A DNA stretch of 31,095 nt from Campylobacterota bacterium. GTDB lineage: Bacteria > Campylobacterota > Campylobacteria > Campylobacterales > Sulfurimonadaceae. This document shows positions 1 to 8,669 of the stretch, one piece after another (the first letter of the stretch is position 1; every line of letters starts with the position of its first letter). A program made the translations under genes and the position numbers. Below the pieces are notes generated by a model, which worked only from the letters and a program-made list of their open reading frames with translations, did not search any database and was not told where the DNA came from. Location of the stretch: NCBI GenBank assembly GCA_034717975.1, contig JAYEMF010000135.1, positions 1-31,095 on the forward strand. Reading direction: 5' to 3'.

Positions 1-11
1 ATCCAGCTAAA

Positions 12-128
12 TGATATGTAAAGTTTTTTAAGCAGAATTATCTATTTATTGGGAGTTTGCGAGAGAAACTTTACATATCAATAAACTTTACATAACCCGT
101 TATATGTAAAGCTTTACATATAACGGGT
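12..128. repeat. Array of five TATGTAAAG/CTTTACATA motifs ending in a perfect 34-bp palindrome; probable end of a site-specific-recombinase mobile element
   Basis: Motif at 15-23, 69-77, 86-94, 103-111 and 112-120. 15-bp inverted repeat at 12-26/66-80. Perfect palindrome ACCCGTTATATGTAAAG|CTTTACATATAACGGGT at 95-128. The repeats are seen directly; the mobile-element reading is inferred. Confidence 0.8.
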
Positions 129-968
129 AAAACCTCCCTTGCCGCATCGTTTGCCTATCTTGAAAAAGGGAACTGCGCTTTGGGTGATTGCGATGTGGAT
201 GCGGCCAATATGTATCTTCTTCTGGACGCTGATTTTAACTATCAGGAAGATTTTTACAGCGGTGAGGTGGCATTGATCGATGAAGATCTCTGTACCAACT
301 GCGGAGAGTGCAAAGAGGTGTGCCGTTTTGATGCCATTCATGTGATCGACGAGCAGCACCGGGTTGACCCTATCTCCTGTGAGGGGTGCTGGTACTGTTC
401 AAGGGTCTGTCCGACCGAAGCGATCAGTATGAACGTACAAAAAGCGGGCGACTTTTATATCTCTGCCACAAAAGCAGGTGCTAAAATGGCGCACGCAAAG
501 CTGGGTTTTGGAGCTGAAAACTCCGGAAAACTGGTGGCAAAAGTCAAAAAAGAGGCGAAAAAACTGGCCGAAACCGGCCAGAAAGAGTTTTTACTGATTG
601 ACGGAAGCCCCGGTGTCGGCTGTCCGGTGATCTCATCATTGAGCGGGGCAGATCTGGCGGTACTGGTCACCGAAGCAACGGTTTCCGGGTTGCATGACCT
701 CAAACGGGTCTATGAACTGGTCAAAACCTTCAATATCAAAGCGGTCTGCATCATTAACAAGTTTGATCTTAATGCCGGAGTGACCGGGGATATCGAACTG
801 TTTTTGGCAGAGGAAGATATCCCATTGGCGGCAAAACTGCCTTATGATGAGACCTTTACCAAAGCGTTGGCACAGGCGCAGACCATTATAGAGTATGGTG
901 CATCCGATTTAAGCCGGGAGCTTGAAAAGAGCTGGGACAATATAAAAGCAATAGCAAGGAGTGTGTGA
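123..968 (+). pseudogene. 5'-truncated MinD-superfamily P-loop ATPase with inserted 2x[4Fe-4S] ferredoxin domain (COG1149-like)
   Basis: Frame reads TGKTSLAASFAYLEKGNCALGDCDVDAA from 123, so only the end of the GKGGTGKT Walker A remains. In-frame stop at 93-95 and no start before 123. CxxCxxCxxxC motifs CTNCGECKEVC and CEGCWYCSRVCP; ENSGKLV and DGSPGVGCPV motifs. Confidence 0.85.
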
Positions 969-1309
969 TGAAGATAGTTTTTACGGCAAAAGGAAGCAGC
1001 TGGGATTCGCCGATGGATCCGCGGTTTGGAAGAATGGATATACTGGTAACGTATGATGAAGAGAAAGAGGAGCTGGCTGCGGTGCCTAACAGTGAAACGG
1101 AAGCGATGGAGCACGGGGCAGGGCTGCAAACGGCCAAAAAAGTGCTTGAGCTGAATCCTGATGTCATCATTACCGGTAACGGACCGGGCAGAAAAGCGCT
1201 GGAGATCCTGCACCGATCAGACGTCAAAATGTATGTCGGTGCGGGTGAAATGAGTATTAAAGAGGCGTACGAAGCATTTAAAGCCGATGCTTTGAGAAGA
1301 TTTGAATAA
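968..1309 (+). CDS. NifB/NifX family (FeMo-cofactor-binding-like) protein
   Basis: MKIVFT...MDPRFGR...HGAG...PDVIITGNGPG pattern; ATG overlaps the upstream TGA. Confidence 0.85.
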   Translation: MKIVFTAKGSSWDSPMDPRFGRMDILVTYDEEKEELAAVPNSETEAMEHGAGLQTAKKVLELNPDVIITGNGPGRKALEILHRSDVKMYVGAGEMSIKEAYEAFKADALRRFE

Positions 1310-1321
1310 ACAGGAGAAAAG

Positions 1322-1687
1322 ATGAGACTGGTATTTCCAACCGATGAGAACATGGGGTATCTCTCCAAAAGGGGAGCGCATTTTGGCAAAGCAAAATTTT
1401 ATACAGTAATCACCATTGAAAATGGAAAAATTATAGAGGTAGAGGGAATTCCCAATCCCGGGCACAGCGGCGGAGCGTGCGGGAATGCCGTTACCAACAT
1501 CATGAGCCTGAATCCTGACGCACTGATCGTTTCAGGTATTGGCGGAAGTCCTGCCCAGGGGTTTGCAAAAGCGGGACTGGACCTCTATTTTGATGCTGTT
1601 TCACCGACCGTGCAGAAGAGTGTCGATAAATTCAATAAGGGTGAATTGGAAAAAAGCAGTGGCAACGGAACCTGCTCGGCACACTGA
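1322..1687 (+). CDS. NifB/NifX family protein
   Basis: AHFGKAKFY, NPGHSGGAC, DALIVSGIG; C-terminal CSAH; AGGAG RBS. Confidence 0.85.
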   Translation: MRLVFPTDENMGYLSKRGAHFGKAKFYTVITIENGKIIEVEGIPNPGHSGGACGNAVTNIMSLNPDALIVSGIGGSPAQGFAKAGLDLYFDAVSPTVQKSVDKFNKGELEKSSGNGTCSAH

Positions 1688-1712
1688 TGGCAACACAAAA
1701 AAAGAGTTTGAT

Positions 1713-2450
1713 ATGATACGAGACAGCGACATCACAATTACCATCGTTTTTGACAACTACCCCTTTGGGGATGATCTGAAAACACTTTGGGGTTTTTCAT
1801 GTTACATAGAGACACCGGGAAAAACGATCCTGTTCGATACAGGCAGCAACGGAAGAGTGCTGCTGGAAAATATGCAAAAACTGCATAAAGATGTGAAGAA
1901 GATCGACACACTTTTTCTTTCGCATCATCACTGGGATCACATCGGCGGGTTTGATTCGGTGATCGAATTGAACTCAAATATCGATATTATTGCCCCTTCG
2001 TCACTGTCGAAACTGCTGATCAAAGATCTGAGATCGATGGGCAATAGTGTCAAGGTGGTCGGTGAAAACGGGTCAGCTGTTTGCAATGATATTTATACAA
2101 CAGGGATGATGGGCGATGAGGTGGAAGAACAATCGCTTATTATCGACAGCGATGCGGGACTGATCGTTATTACGGGCTGTGCCCACAGCGGTATCGTTGG
2201 GATTGCAAAGCAGGCGCAGAGAATGCTGAACAAAAAGATAGCCCTTCTGCTTGGCGGGTTTCATCTGATGCGTTCGGATGAAGCCGAGATCGACAGTGTG
2301 ATCCGTGAACTCAAAACAATGGATATTGACTATCTGTGTCCAACACACTGCACCGGGGATATGGCGATCGATAAATTCCGTAATACATTTACGGAAACTT
2401 TTATTGCCGGTGGCGCCGGAAAAACGATACGCATGCCGCTCAAACCGTAA
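1713..2450 (+). CDS. MBL-fold metallo-hydrolase (7,8-dihydropterin PPPG synthase-like, COG1237)
   Basis: WGFS, LFDTG, SHHHWDHIGG, TGCAHSG, GGFHL and HCTG motifs; start moved to ATG 1713. Confidence 0.88.
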   Translation: MIRDSDITITIVFDNYPFGDDLKTLWGFSCYIETPGKTILFDTGSNGRVLLENMQKLHKDVKKIDTLFLSHHHWDHIGGFDSVIELNSNIDIIAPSSLSKLLIKDLRSMGNSVKVVGENGSAVCNDIYTTGMMGDEVEEQSLIIDSDAGLIVITGCAHSGIVGIAKQAQRMLNKKIALLLGGFHLMRSDEAEIDSVIRELKTMDIDYLCPTHCTGDMAIDKFRNTFTETFIAGGAGKTIRMPLKP

Positions 2451-2466
2451 ACGAGGAGTATAGAAC

Positions 2467-3060
2467 ATGTTATTTGATTACAGTGACAAAGCCTTTGTCG
2501 AAAAATACCAGTTGATGAGCCAGATGATCATCCCCCGGCCGATCGCCTGGGTCGTGACGGAAAATGATGGTATTGTTAATATTGCACCTTTTAGTTACTT
2601 CATAGGGCTCTCTACCAACCCTGCGACGATGTTGATCTCGGTCGGACACAAAAAAGAGGGGCAGCCGAAAGATACTTTGGCCAACCTGCGCCGCACAAAA
2701 AAATGTACCATCTGTATGATCGACAAAGATTTTCTGGAATTGATGCATTTCAGTTCCAAGGAATTGGATGAAACACTCAGCGAAGCGGAGCATTTCAACA
2801 TACCGACAACCCGGGTCTATGATGATTTTCCGCCTATGGTAGCAGGTGTCCCCGGTGCATTTTTCTGCGAATTTTATCAGGAGATCGAACTTAAAGGGAG
2901 TCAGACGATTCCGCTGATCGTGGAGATCAAACACCAGTTTGTTGATGATCGCTGTATCAGTGATGACAAAAAGATGATTATCCGTTTCGATCCGGTTGCC
3001 AGGGTCGGTAAGAGCTATGCGCTTCTGGGCGAAGAGATAACTCCGCCGAAGATACCGTAA
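2467..3060 (+). CDS. Flavin reductase family protein (DIM6/NTAB)
   Basis: PRPIAWV, NIAPFSYF, KDTLANL; GAGGAG RBS. Confidence 0.9.
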   Translation: MLFDYSDKAFVEKYQLMSQMIIPRPIAWVVTENDGIVNIAPFSYFIGLSTNPATMLISVGHKKEGQPKDTLANLRRTKKCTICMIDKDFLELMHFSSKELDETLSEAEHFNIPTTRVYDDFPPMVAGVPGAFFCEFYQEIELKGSQTIPLIVEIKHQFVDDRCISDDKKMIIRFDPVARVGKSYALLGEEITPPKIP

Positions 3061-3091
3061 CCGTGTTGAGCGTTAAAGAGCGGGAGGAAAA

Positions 3092-4120
3092 ATGATAGTC
3101 GATGTGATCAAGCATGCCTTGATGATCACCAGTTTTGTCCTGATGATGATGCTGTTGATCGAGTATATCAATGTGCAGACTCATGGTCAGTGGCAGAATA
3201 GCTTGAAAAAAAGCCGTTTCGGTCAGTATGTTCTGGCTGCTTTTTTAGGTGTAGTACCCGGCTGCCTCGGCGCATTCGCGGTAGTTTCGCTCTATTCGCA
3301 CCGAATGGTCAGCTTCGGTGCCCTGGTCGCGGCCATGATAGCGACAAGCGGAGATGAAGCCTTCGTGATGCTGAGTATGGTCCCCGCCGAGGCACTCTGG
3401 CTGAGTGCGATCCTGTTTATTCTGGCCCTGGTGACCGCCTATGTCGTGGATCTGGTGTTTAAAGATCAAAATCGTTTTCTGGTCAATGCAAAGCATGGGT
3501 TTGAACTGCATGAAGAGGAATATTGCCGCTGTTTTTCCGTAAAAGATATTGTAGAGCAGTTGAAAAACATCACGTTCCCAAGAGCATTCTTGATCACACT
3601 GTTTGGTGTTTTTCTGCTTGCTGTTATTTTTGGCGGAGTTGGGCCGGAGGCCTGGAACTGGAAGAAGATCACTTTTACGCTGGGGACATTGATGTCGCTC
3701 TTTATCATTACCACGGTACCGGATCACTTTCTTGAAGAGCATCTCTATGCCCATGTGATCAAAAAACATCTGCTTCGGGTCTTTTTATGGACCTTTGGCG
3801 CTTTGCTGGTCGTGCATTACATGGAAAACTATCTTGATGTCAGCACGTGGCTGCAGGAGAATGTTGCAGCGGTACTGGTGAGTGCGGCAGTGGTCGGGAT
3901 CATCCCCGAATCGGGTCCGCATATGGTCTTTGTGACCATGTATGCCAAAGGGCTGATCCCTTTTGCCGTTTTGCTGGCAAGTTCGATCTCACAGGACGGG
4001 CACGGAACCCTTCCGCTGTTGGCGGTCTCCGCCAGGGCTTTTATCTGGCTGAAGGTGATCAATGTTGCCGTAGCGCTGTTGGTCGGTATGCTGTTTCTAA
4101 TGTTTACGCAAGGAGTATGA
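3092..4120 (+). CDS. Putative manganese transporter / ArsP_2 (DUF2899)-type permease
   Basis: Multi-TM; LGVVPGCLG, ATSGDEAFV, GIIPESGPH and SISQDGH motifs; His/Cys-containing loop. Confidence 0.75.
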   Translation: MIVDVIKHALMITSFVLMMMLLIEYINVQTHGQWQNSLKKSRFGQYVLAAFLGVVPGCLGAFAVVSLYSHRMVSFGALVAAMIATSGDEAFVMLSMVPAEALWLSAILFILALVTAYVVDLVFKDQNRFLVNAKHGFELHEEEYCRCFSVKDIVEQLKNITFPRAFLITLFGVFLLAVIFGGVGPEAWNWKKITFTLGTLMSLFIITTVPDHFLEEHLYAHVIKKHLLRVFLWTFGALLVVHYMENYLDVSTWLQENVAAVLVSAAVVGIIPESGPHMVFVTMYAKGLIPFAVLLASSISQDGHGTLPLLAVSARAFIWLKVINVAVALLVGMLFLMFTQGV

Positions 4121-4551
4121 CGATGCCAGAAGAGACCTTCGTACGATCTGTCATGAAATCTTTCAGAATGTTTCTAACTATTTTACCGATGCTGCTGGCT
4201 GTCATCTTATCGGTGGGACTGTTTGATGTGCTGGTGTCACATGAGATGCTTGCGTCGGTCTTTCAGGGCAATATGTTTTACGATACGCTCATTGGTACAC
4301 TGGCCGGAGGGGTATCGGTCGGTCAGCCTGTCGCCAGTTATATTATCGGCGGTGAACTGCTTGAGAGCGGGGTAAGTCTTTATGCCATTGTCGCGCTGCT
4401 CGTCTCCTGGGTGACGCTTGGCCTTGTGCAGCTTCCGCTGGAACAGGCCCTTTTCGGACGTCGTTTCACGATTTGGAGAAATCTGCTTGGTTTGATATTT
4501 GCTATGCTTGTTGCCATGGCCAGTGTTGAGATCATCAAGGTTTTTTCATGA
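4117..4551 (+). CDS. Permease half (DUF318/ArsP_1-like)
   Basis: Hydrophobic; SYIIGGELL...SWVTLGLVQLPLE...FTIWRN; ATGA overlap (alternative ATG at 4123). Confidence 0.75.
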   Translation: MTMPEETFVRSVMKSFRMFLTILPMLLAVILSVGLFDVLVSHEMLASVFQGNMFYDTLIGTLAGGVSVGQPVASYIIGGELLESGVSLYAIVALLVSWVTLGLVQLPLEQALFGRRFTIWRNLLGLIFAMLVAMASVEIIKVFS

Positions 4552-5057
4552 AAAAACAGACAGGCGCTTCTTCCAAGGTCAGCGGTAAGTATTTCCTTCC
4601 TGTTGTGCTTTTGATCTATCTGTTTTTTTATCTGAGTGCACCGGAAGCGGCAGGGGAAGCCTTGTTGAAGAGTATCCATATTTTGCTGAAACTGCTTCCT
4701 GTCTTGCTGGTCGTCATTGTCTTGCTGGGGATTTTTAATTACTTTTTTAAACCCAGGGCGATAGCAAAACACCTGGGTGTGGAGTCGGGAGCCCGCGGCT
4801 GGGTGATCGCGGTTGTCGGCGGTATATTGAGCCATGGACCCTCTTATGTCTGGTACCAGATGCTTTCGGATCTGCGAAACCATGGCGCAAAGGATGGCCT
4901 GATCGTGACATTTATCTATGTAAGGGCCATTAAATTACCCTGGCTGCCGGTGATGATCGACTATTTCGGATGGTTGTTTACCATTGTTGTGAGTCTTGTT
5001 TTGATCGTAGCCGGTGTTGTGCAGGGGATGATCATGGAGAGATTGGACAGGCGTTAA
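4548..5057 (+). CDS. Permease half (DUF318/ArsP_1-like partner)
   Basis: KHLGVESGARGW, GILSHGPSYVWY, RAIKLPWLP; ATGA-coupled to the previous gene. Confidence 0.75.
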   Translation: MKKQTGASSKVSGKYFLPVVLLIYLFFYLSAPEAAGEALLKSIHILLKLLPVLLVVIVLLGIFNYFFKPRAIAKHLGVESGARGWVIAVVGGILSHGPSYVWYQMLSDLRNHGAKDGLIVTFIYVRAIKLPWLPVMIDYFGWLFTIVVSLVLIVAGVVQGMIMERLDRR

Positions 5058-5815
5058 AAATGCCCTTTGGTGTGTGAGAGGTTGGCGAGCAGCAAGAAGA
5101 TGCCAAGTCCGATGATCAAAGTAGCGGCAAAATACTCAAGCAGATAGCCGTACTTTCCAAAAGCGTTGCCGCCGCGTTTTTGCAACCCTACAGCAAAGAT
5201 GCCGGCCAGTGATATGGTCAACCCCATTCCAATGCTCATCACCAGGGCTGTGGCAACTCCTGTAACAATGTGACCCAGTGAAATGGCGAAGAGAGTAATG
5301 GTCATTACCCCGGGGCAGGGAACGATACCGGCTGAAAAGGCTATGGCGAGATCGCTTTTGTCTGAAACACTCACCTCTTCATCTTTCTCTTTTCGATGTT
5401 TATAGGCTTCGTAGATGAGATAGAGCCCGACGAGAATGATCAAAACAGCTGAGATGATCATAGAGATGTGCGCAATGTTATGGAAGGTTTTGGTAAAAAG
5501 TGTTTCGATGAGGTAGTAGACTACAAAGGTAAGCAGCAGTGCCGAAGTGGCATGAACAAGGGCGATCAGGTAACCCATTTTGAACGCTTTTTTGAAACTG
5601 CCACCTTGTTTCAGGAAATAAAACCCTACCAGCGCTTTCCCGTGTCCCGGTCCGGCAGCGTGGATCACTCCGTAGGTAAAAGCAATACCCAAAAGGGTAA
5701 GCGTTCCCCAAAATGCATCATTTTCCAGTGCTCTGAGGTTGCTGGATACCAGGCTGTTAAGGTTGTATTGCCATTGGGTGAGCAGCCGGATAAAATTACT
5801 ATAAAATTCACTCAT
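5054..5815 (-). CDS. Nickel/cobalt transporter (RcnA/NicO family)
   Basis: YGVIHAAGPGHGKA and GIVPCPG signature motifs; about 6 TM helices; no His-rich loop. Confidence 0.88.
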   Translation of the reverse strand: MSEFYSNFIRLLTQWQYNLNSLVSSNLRALENDAFWGTLTLLGIAFTYGVIHAAGPGHGKALVGFYFLKQGGSFKKAFKMGYLIALVHATSALLLTFVVYYLIETLFTKTFHNIAHISMIISAVLIILVGLYLIYEAYKHRKEKDEEVSVSDKSDLAIAFSAGIVPCPGVMTITLFAISLGHIVTGVATALVMSIGMGLTISLAGIFAVGLQKRGGNAFGKYGYLLEYFAATLIIGLGIFLLLANLSHTKGHF

Positions 5816-6318
5816 TGAAGCTCCAGTATGTAGCCGAAAAAGTAATCGCCGTCGAGTTTTTTGAGCCGATACGATGAAGTCGGATTGGCCTGTTTGACAA
5901 AGGCTTCTTTGAGGATATAGGCGGAAAACATATCTTCATCGTAAAATTTGATGGTGGTTGTCCCTTCGGGCAGTTTCATGGTAAAGTAGAAATTGACCCT
6001 GTTCTCTTCAATAGTCGCCATAAACGAGTCGGTAAGCGGTGTCGGAAGTTTTTTGTCTTTGTGGTAAAAATAGGTGTAATACTCAAACGCTTTAAGGTCG
6101 AAAAAGGCCTCTTTATAGACTATTTCGCTCTCTTTTTCACTCAGTTTCCCATTGCGGTCACGATCATAATCCATAATGAGCATCTCTGAACTCATCTCGT
6201 CAAAGACCCATCGTATGGTAACACTTTTTTTGTCAATGGCCGGATAGACATCGACAAAGCAGTGCGGATGGGCAGAGAGCATGATGGACGATAGAAAAAA
6301 CAGCATAAACGTACGCAT
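5812..6318 (-). CDS. DUF1007 family periplasmic protein
   Basis: Signal peptide followed by AHPH; WVFDEMSS; EF-hand-like DRDRNGKLSEKE; coupled to the Ni/Co transporter. Confidence 0.85.
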   Translation of the reverse strand: MRTFMLFFLSSIMLSAHPHCFVDVYPAIDKKSVTIRWVFDEMSSEMLIMDYDRDRNGKLSEKESEIVYKEAFFDLKAFEYYTYFYHKDKKLPTPLTDSFMATIEENRVNFYFTMKLPEGTTTIKFYDEDMFSAYILKEAFVKQANPTSSYRLKKLDGDYFFGYILELQ

Positions 6319-6405
6319 TGAAACCTTTTGGAATAAACACCATTATTTAAATAAAGGTATTTTAGCAAAATATTATAAATAATTAATATTACTATTATAT
6401 TTAAA

Positions 6406-6415
6406 GATTATAATC
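6406..6415 (+). promoter_or_regulatory. Probable -10 box (TATAAT 6409-6414, inside palindrome GATTATAATC) for the rhodanese operon
   Basis: Perfect TATAAT in an AT-rich divergent intergenic region, upstream of a GGAGG RBS. Confidence 0.5.
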
Positions 6416-6441
6416 ACGCCATTAAAACCGGAGGATGTTAA

Positions 6442-6909
6442 ATGCATAAACTAATAATTGCACTATTGGCTTCGGCTATATTGTCTGGCTCATTGATGGC
6501 TTATGACCAAAACAAAGCAGCAATGTTTGAAGGATTCTATAAAAACTTTACACAGCAGGCCTGTGCCAATACAAAAATGTTCCTTCTTGCTGAAGATGCA
6601 ATGGCATTGATCAGAAAAGAGGATAAAAACGTACTTTTTTTGGATATTAGAAGTTCGGGTGAGACATCGGTCATCGGTGTAACTATACCAAATGCCCCTA
6701 AAATACCACTTGCCGAGTTATTCAAGAAAGAGAACCTTGACAAACTGCCTATGGATAAAACCATTGTGATCGTTTGCTATTCGGGTACACGTGCAGTAAT
6801 GGCCGCAACCGGTTTGAAAATGAGCGGGATCAAAAATGTTCAGGTCTTAAAAGGTGGCATTGTTGCACTGAGTGCAGCCAATAATGTTAAAAACGCCCCG
6901 ATAAAATAA
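6442..6909 (+). CDS. Exported rhodanese-like domain protein
   Basis: Signal peptide; FLDIR; active-site loop CYSGTRA; LKGGI. Confidence 0.88.
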   Translation: MHKLIIALLASAILSGSLMAYDQNKAAMFEGFYKNFTQQACANTKMFLLAEDAMALIRKEDKNVLFLDIRSSGETSVIGVTIPNAPKIPLAELFKKENLDKLPMDKTIVIVCYSGTRAVMAATGLKMSGIKNVQVLKGGIVALSAANNVKNAPIK

Positions 6910-6929
6910 CGCAGTTGAAAGTAGAAAAA

Positions 6930-7295
6930 ATGAAAATAGCAATACCTGTGAAAACAAATAAAGAAAATCCGCCGGTAGCGCCCCTTTTTGGCAAAGCCAA
7001 ATGGTTTGCATTTGTGGAGAACGGAAATGTGACTATTGAGCAGAATATGGCCAAAGGCGGTCAGGCAGTCATTGGGTGGTTGGCCAAAGAAAATGTGAAT
7101 GCCATCATCTTTCAGGAGATGGGAACGGCTCCTTATGAGTTGATCAAAGCACAGGGGGGAATAAAGCTTTATCATTCCGGATATGAAAGAATCCTGCTGG
7201 ATGATCTGCTTCAAAAATTCAGTGATAATGCTCTTACAGAACTGGATGATGCAAAAATGGCAGAGATCATTGGGCACCATGAAAGTAAACACTAA
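6930..7295 (+). CDS. NifB/NifX family protein
   Basis: MKIAIPV...APLFGKAKWFAF; start moved to ATG 6930. Confidence 0.8.
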   Translation: MKIAIPVKTNKENPPVAPLFGKAKWFAFVENGNVTIEQNMAKGGQAVIGWLAKENVNAIIFQEMGTAPYELIKAQGGIKLYHSGYERILLDDLLQKFSDNALTELDDAKMAEIIGHHESKH

Positions 7296-7325
7296 CGTGG
7301 CGATCACCCTCAAGGTATACCGGAG

Positions 7326-7814
7326 ATGAACTTCACCCTGACACAGATCGGTACTATTCACTCCCCTTTTTGTGATCTGGTCAATATGCCAGTGCAGCCA
7401 AAAGGCGCAAAAGAGACCTTTGCAACGATAGAATTTAAAGATGAGTTCCGGGAAGGCTTAAAAGATCTGGACGGATTCAGCCATGTCTATCTCATCTACC
7501 ATTTTCATAAAGTCAAAGAAGCAAAATTGAGTGTCATTCCTTTCAATGATATGACACATACTCCACGCGGGGTTTTTTCGACAAGAACGCCGATGCATCC
7601 CAACAGCATCGGTCTTTCGGTGGTCGAGCTTGTCAAAGTGGAAGGTAATATCGTCACTATTAAAGGGGTAGATGTGCTTGATGGCACACCGCTTCTCGAT
7701 ATTAAACCCTATATTGAAAACTTTGATAAAGTAGAGGGTGAAGTAAAGTCTGGCTGGATGCGCTCAAGCCTTGAAGAGGTGAGTAACAGAAAATCGGATG
7801 ATCGGTTTGTTTAG
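7326..7814 (+). CDS. tsaA: TsaA/TrmO-family SAM-binding (tRNA m6t6A37) methyltransferase
   Basis: IGTIHSPF, GLKDLDGFSH, RGVFSTRTPMHPNSIGLS, DVLDGTPLLDIKPY. Confidence 0.9.
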   Translation: MNFTLTQIGTIHSPFCDLVNMPVQPKGAKETFATIEFKDEFREGLKDLDGFSHVYLIYHFHKVKEAKLSVIPFNDMTHTPRGVFSTRTPMHPNSIGLSVVELVKVEGNIVTIKGVDVLDGTPLLDIKPYIENFDKVEGEVKSGWMRSSLEEVSNRKSDDRFV

Positions 7815-7837
7815 AGGTGCGCTAAAGGCTTATAGCA

Positions 7838-8572
7838 TTGGTTGAGTATCTACTCTATTTTTTACTGACGCTCTTTTTATCGAGTATCTTTTCTATAGCG
7901 GGATTGGGTTCCGCCGTGGCGCTGGTACCCGGTCTCAATATGGCCGGTCTTGCCTTTGACCTTTCACGCGCAAGCGGTCTCTTTGTCAATACCGTGACGA
8001 CCATTACGACCAGTGGGTTAAATCTCAAAAAGAAGCTTTTTGATTTTAAATTTGTAGCTCCCTTGGTCATCAGCTCCTCCATCTTTGCATTTGTCGGGGC
8101 GAAGCTCTCGTTTTTAGTAGATACCGAGACGCTCAAGATGATCTTTGCCTATGTACTGTTCATCATCGCTTCGATGATCCTCTTTTTCAAAAAGCCTGCC
8201 CATAGTGAGAGTGCTGCCATGAGCCGACCGGTCCTGCTTATTGCCGGTTCCATCGGCGGGGTATTTTCCGGTTTTTTAGGTATTGGCGGCGGTTCGATCA
8301 TCGCTCCTATACTGCTGCTGGCCGGATATGATGCAAAAAAGATCGCCATCGGCATCTCGTTTGTGATCCCGTTCTCATCTATCGTCGCTTTTACAAGCTA
8401 TGCCGGTAATATGGAACTCGACTACACGCTTTTGACAATAGTGGGAGTTGGTGCCTACATGGGCGGAATGATCGGAAATTACATACTGCATTTTAAAGTC
8501 TCTGCTGCAATGATCAAAAAAATACTGGCCATCGCTCTGTACAGCATTGCCGTTAAGATGTTATTAGGATAA
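7838..8572 (+). CDS. Sulfite exporter TauE/SafE family protein
   Basis: About 8 TM helices; AGLGS and SGFLGIGGGSIIAP repeats; TTG start. Confidence 0.88.
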   Translation: MVEYLLYFLLTLFLSSIFSIAGLGSAVALVPGLNMAGLAFDLSRASGLFVNTVTTITTSGLNLKKKLFDFKFVAPLVISSSIFAFVGAKLSFLVDTETLKMIFAYVLFIIASMILFFKKPAHSESAAMSRPVLLIAGSIGGVFSGFLGIGGGSIIAPILLLAGYDAKKIAIGISFVIPFSSIVAFTSYAGNMELDYTLLTIVGVGAYMGGMIGNYILHFKVSAAMIKKILAIALYSIAVKMLLG

Positions 8573-8639
8573 AAATTCAACTGCTTTCCAACTGATTCCC
8601 TTCTTTTATGCTACAGAAGATTTTGGCTATGTCAATCAG

Positions 8640-8654
8640 TTTTTAGAGGTGCCC
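8640..8654. repeat. Dispersed TTTTTAGAGGTGCCC motif, copy 1 (IS/MITE end-like)
   Basis: Identical 15-mer at 22161-22175; degenerate inverted copy at 29983-30004. Confidence 0.55.
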
Positions 8655-8669
8655 TATAGTTAAAGTACA

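Noticed and set aside
12..128. CRISPR-like array
   Set aside because: Repeats are only 9-15 bp, in mixed orientation and irregularly spaced.
180..968. ORF-track TTG start at 180 as the true start of an intact ATPase
   Set aside because: Homology continues upstream to 123 and the Walker A is cut, so it is treated as truncated.
1539..1712. N-terminal extension of the MBL hydrolase, or a slippage at the A7 tract after ATG 1687
   Set aside because: The extension overlaps a real gene; the domain is complete from ATG 1713; no support for a frameshift.
3847..4116. Cys-rich N-terminal extension of the first half-permease
   Set aside because: Out-of-frame shadow of the upstream transporter gene.
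6371..6400. Fur/NikR-like box in the divergent promoter
   Set aside because: Only about 12/19 match to the Fur consensus in extremely AT-rich DNA; no TRWYA-N15-TRWYA spacing found.
968..7295. Nitrogen fixation cluster (NifX-like proteins; nifJ elsewhere in the window)
   Set aside because: No nifHDK or nifEN genes; both families are common in non-diazotrophs.
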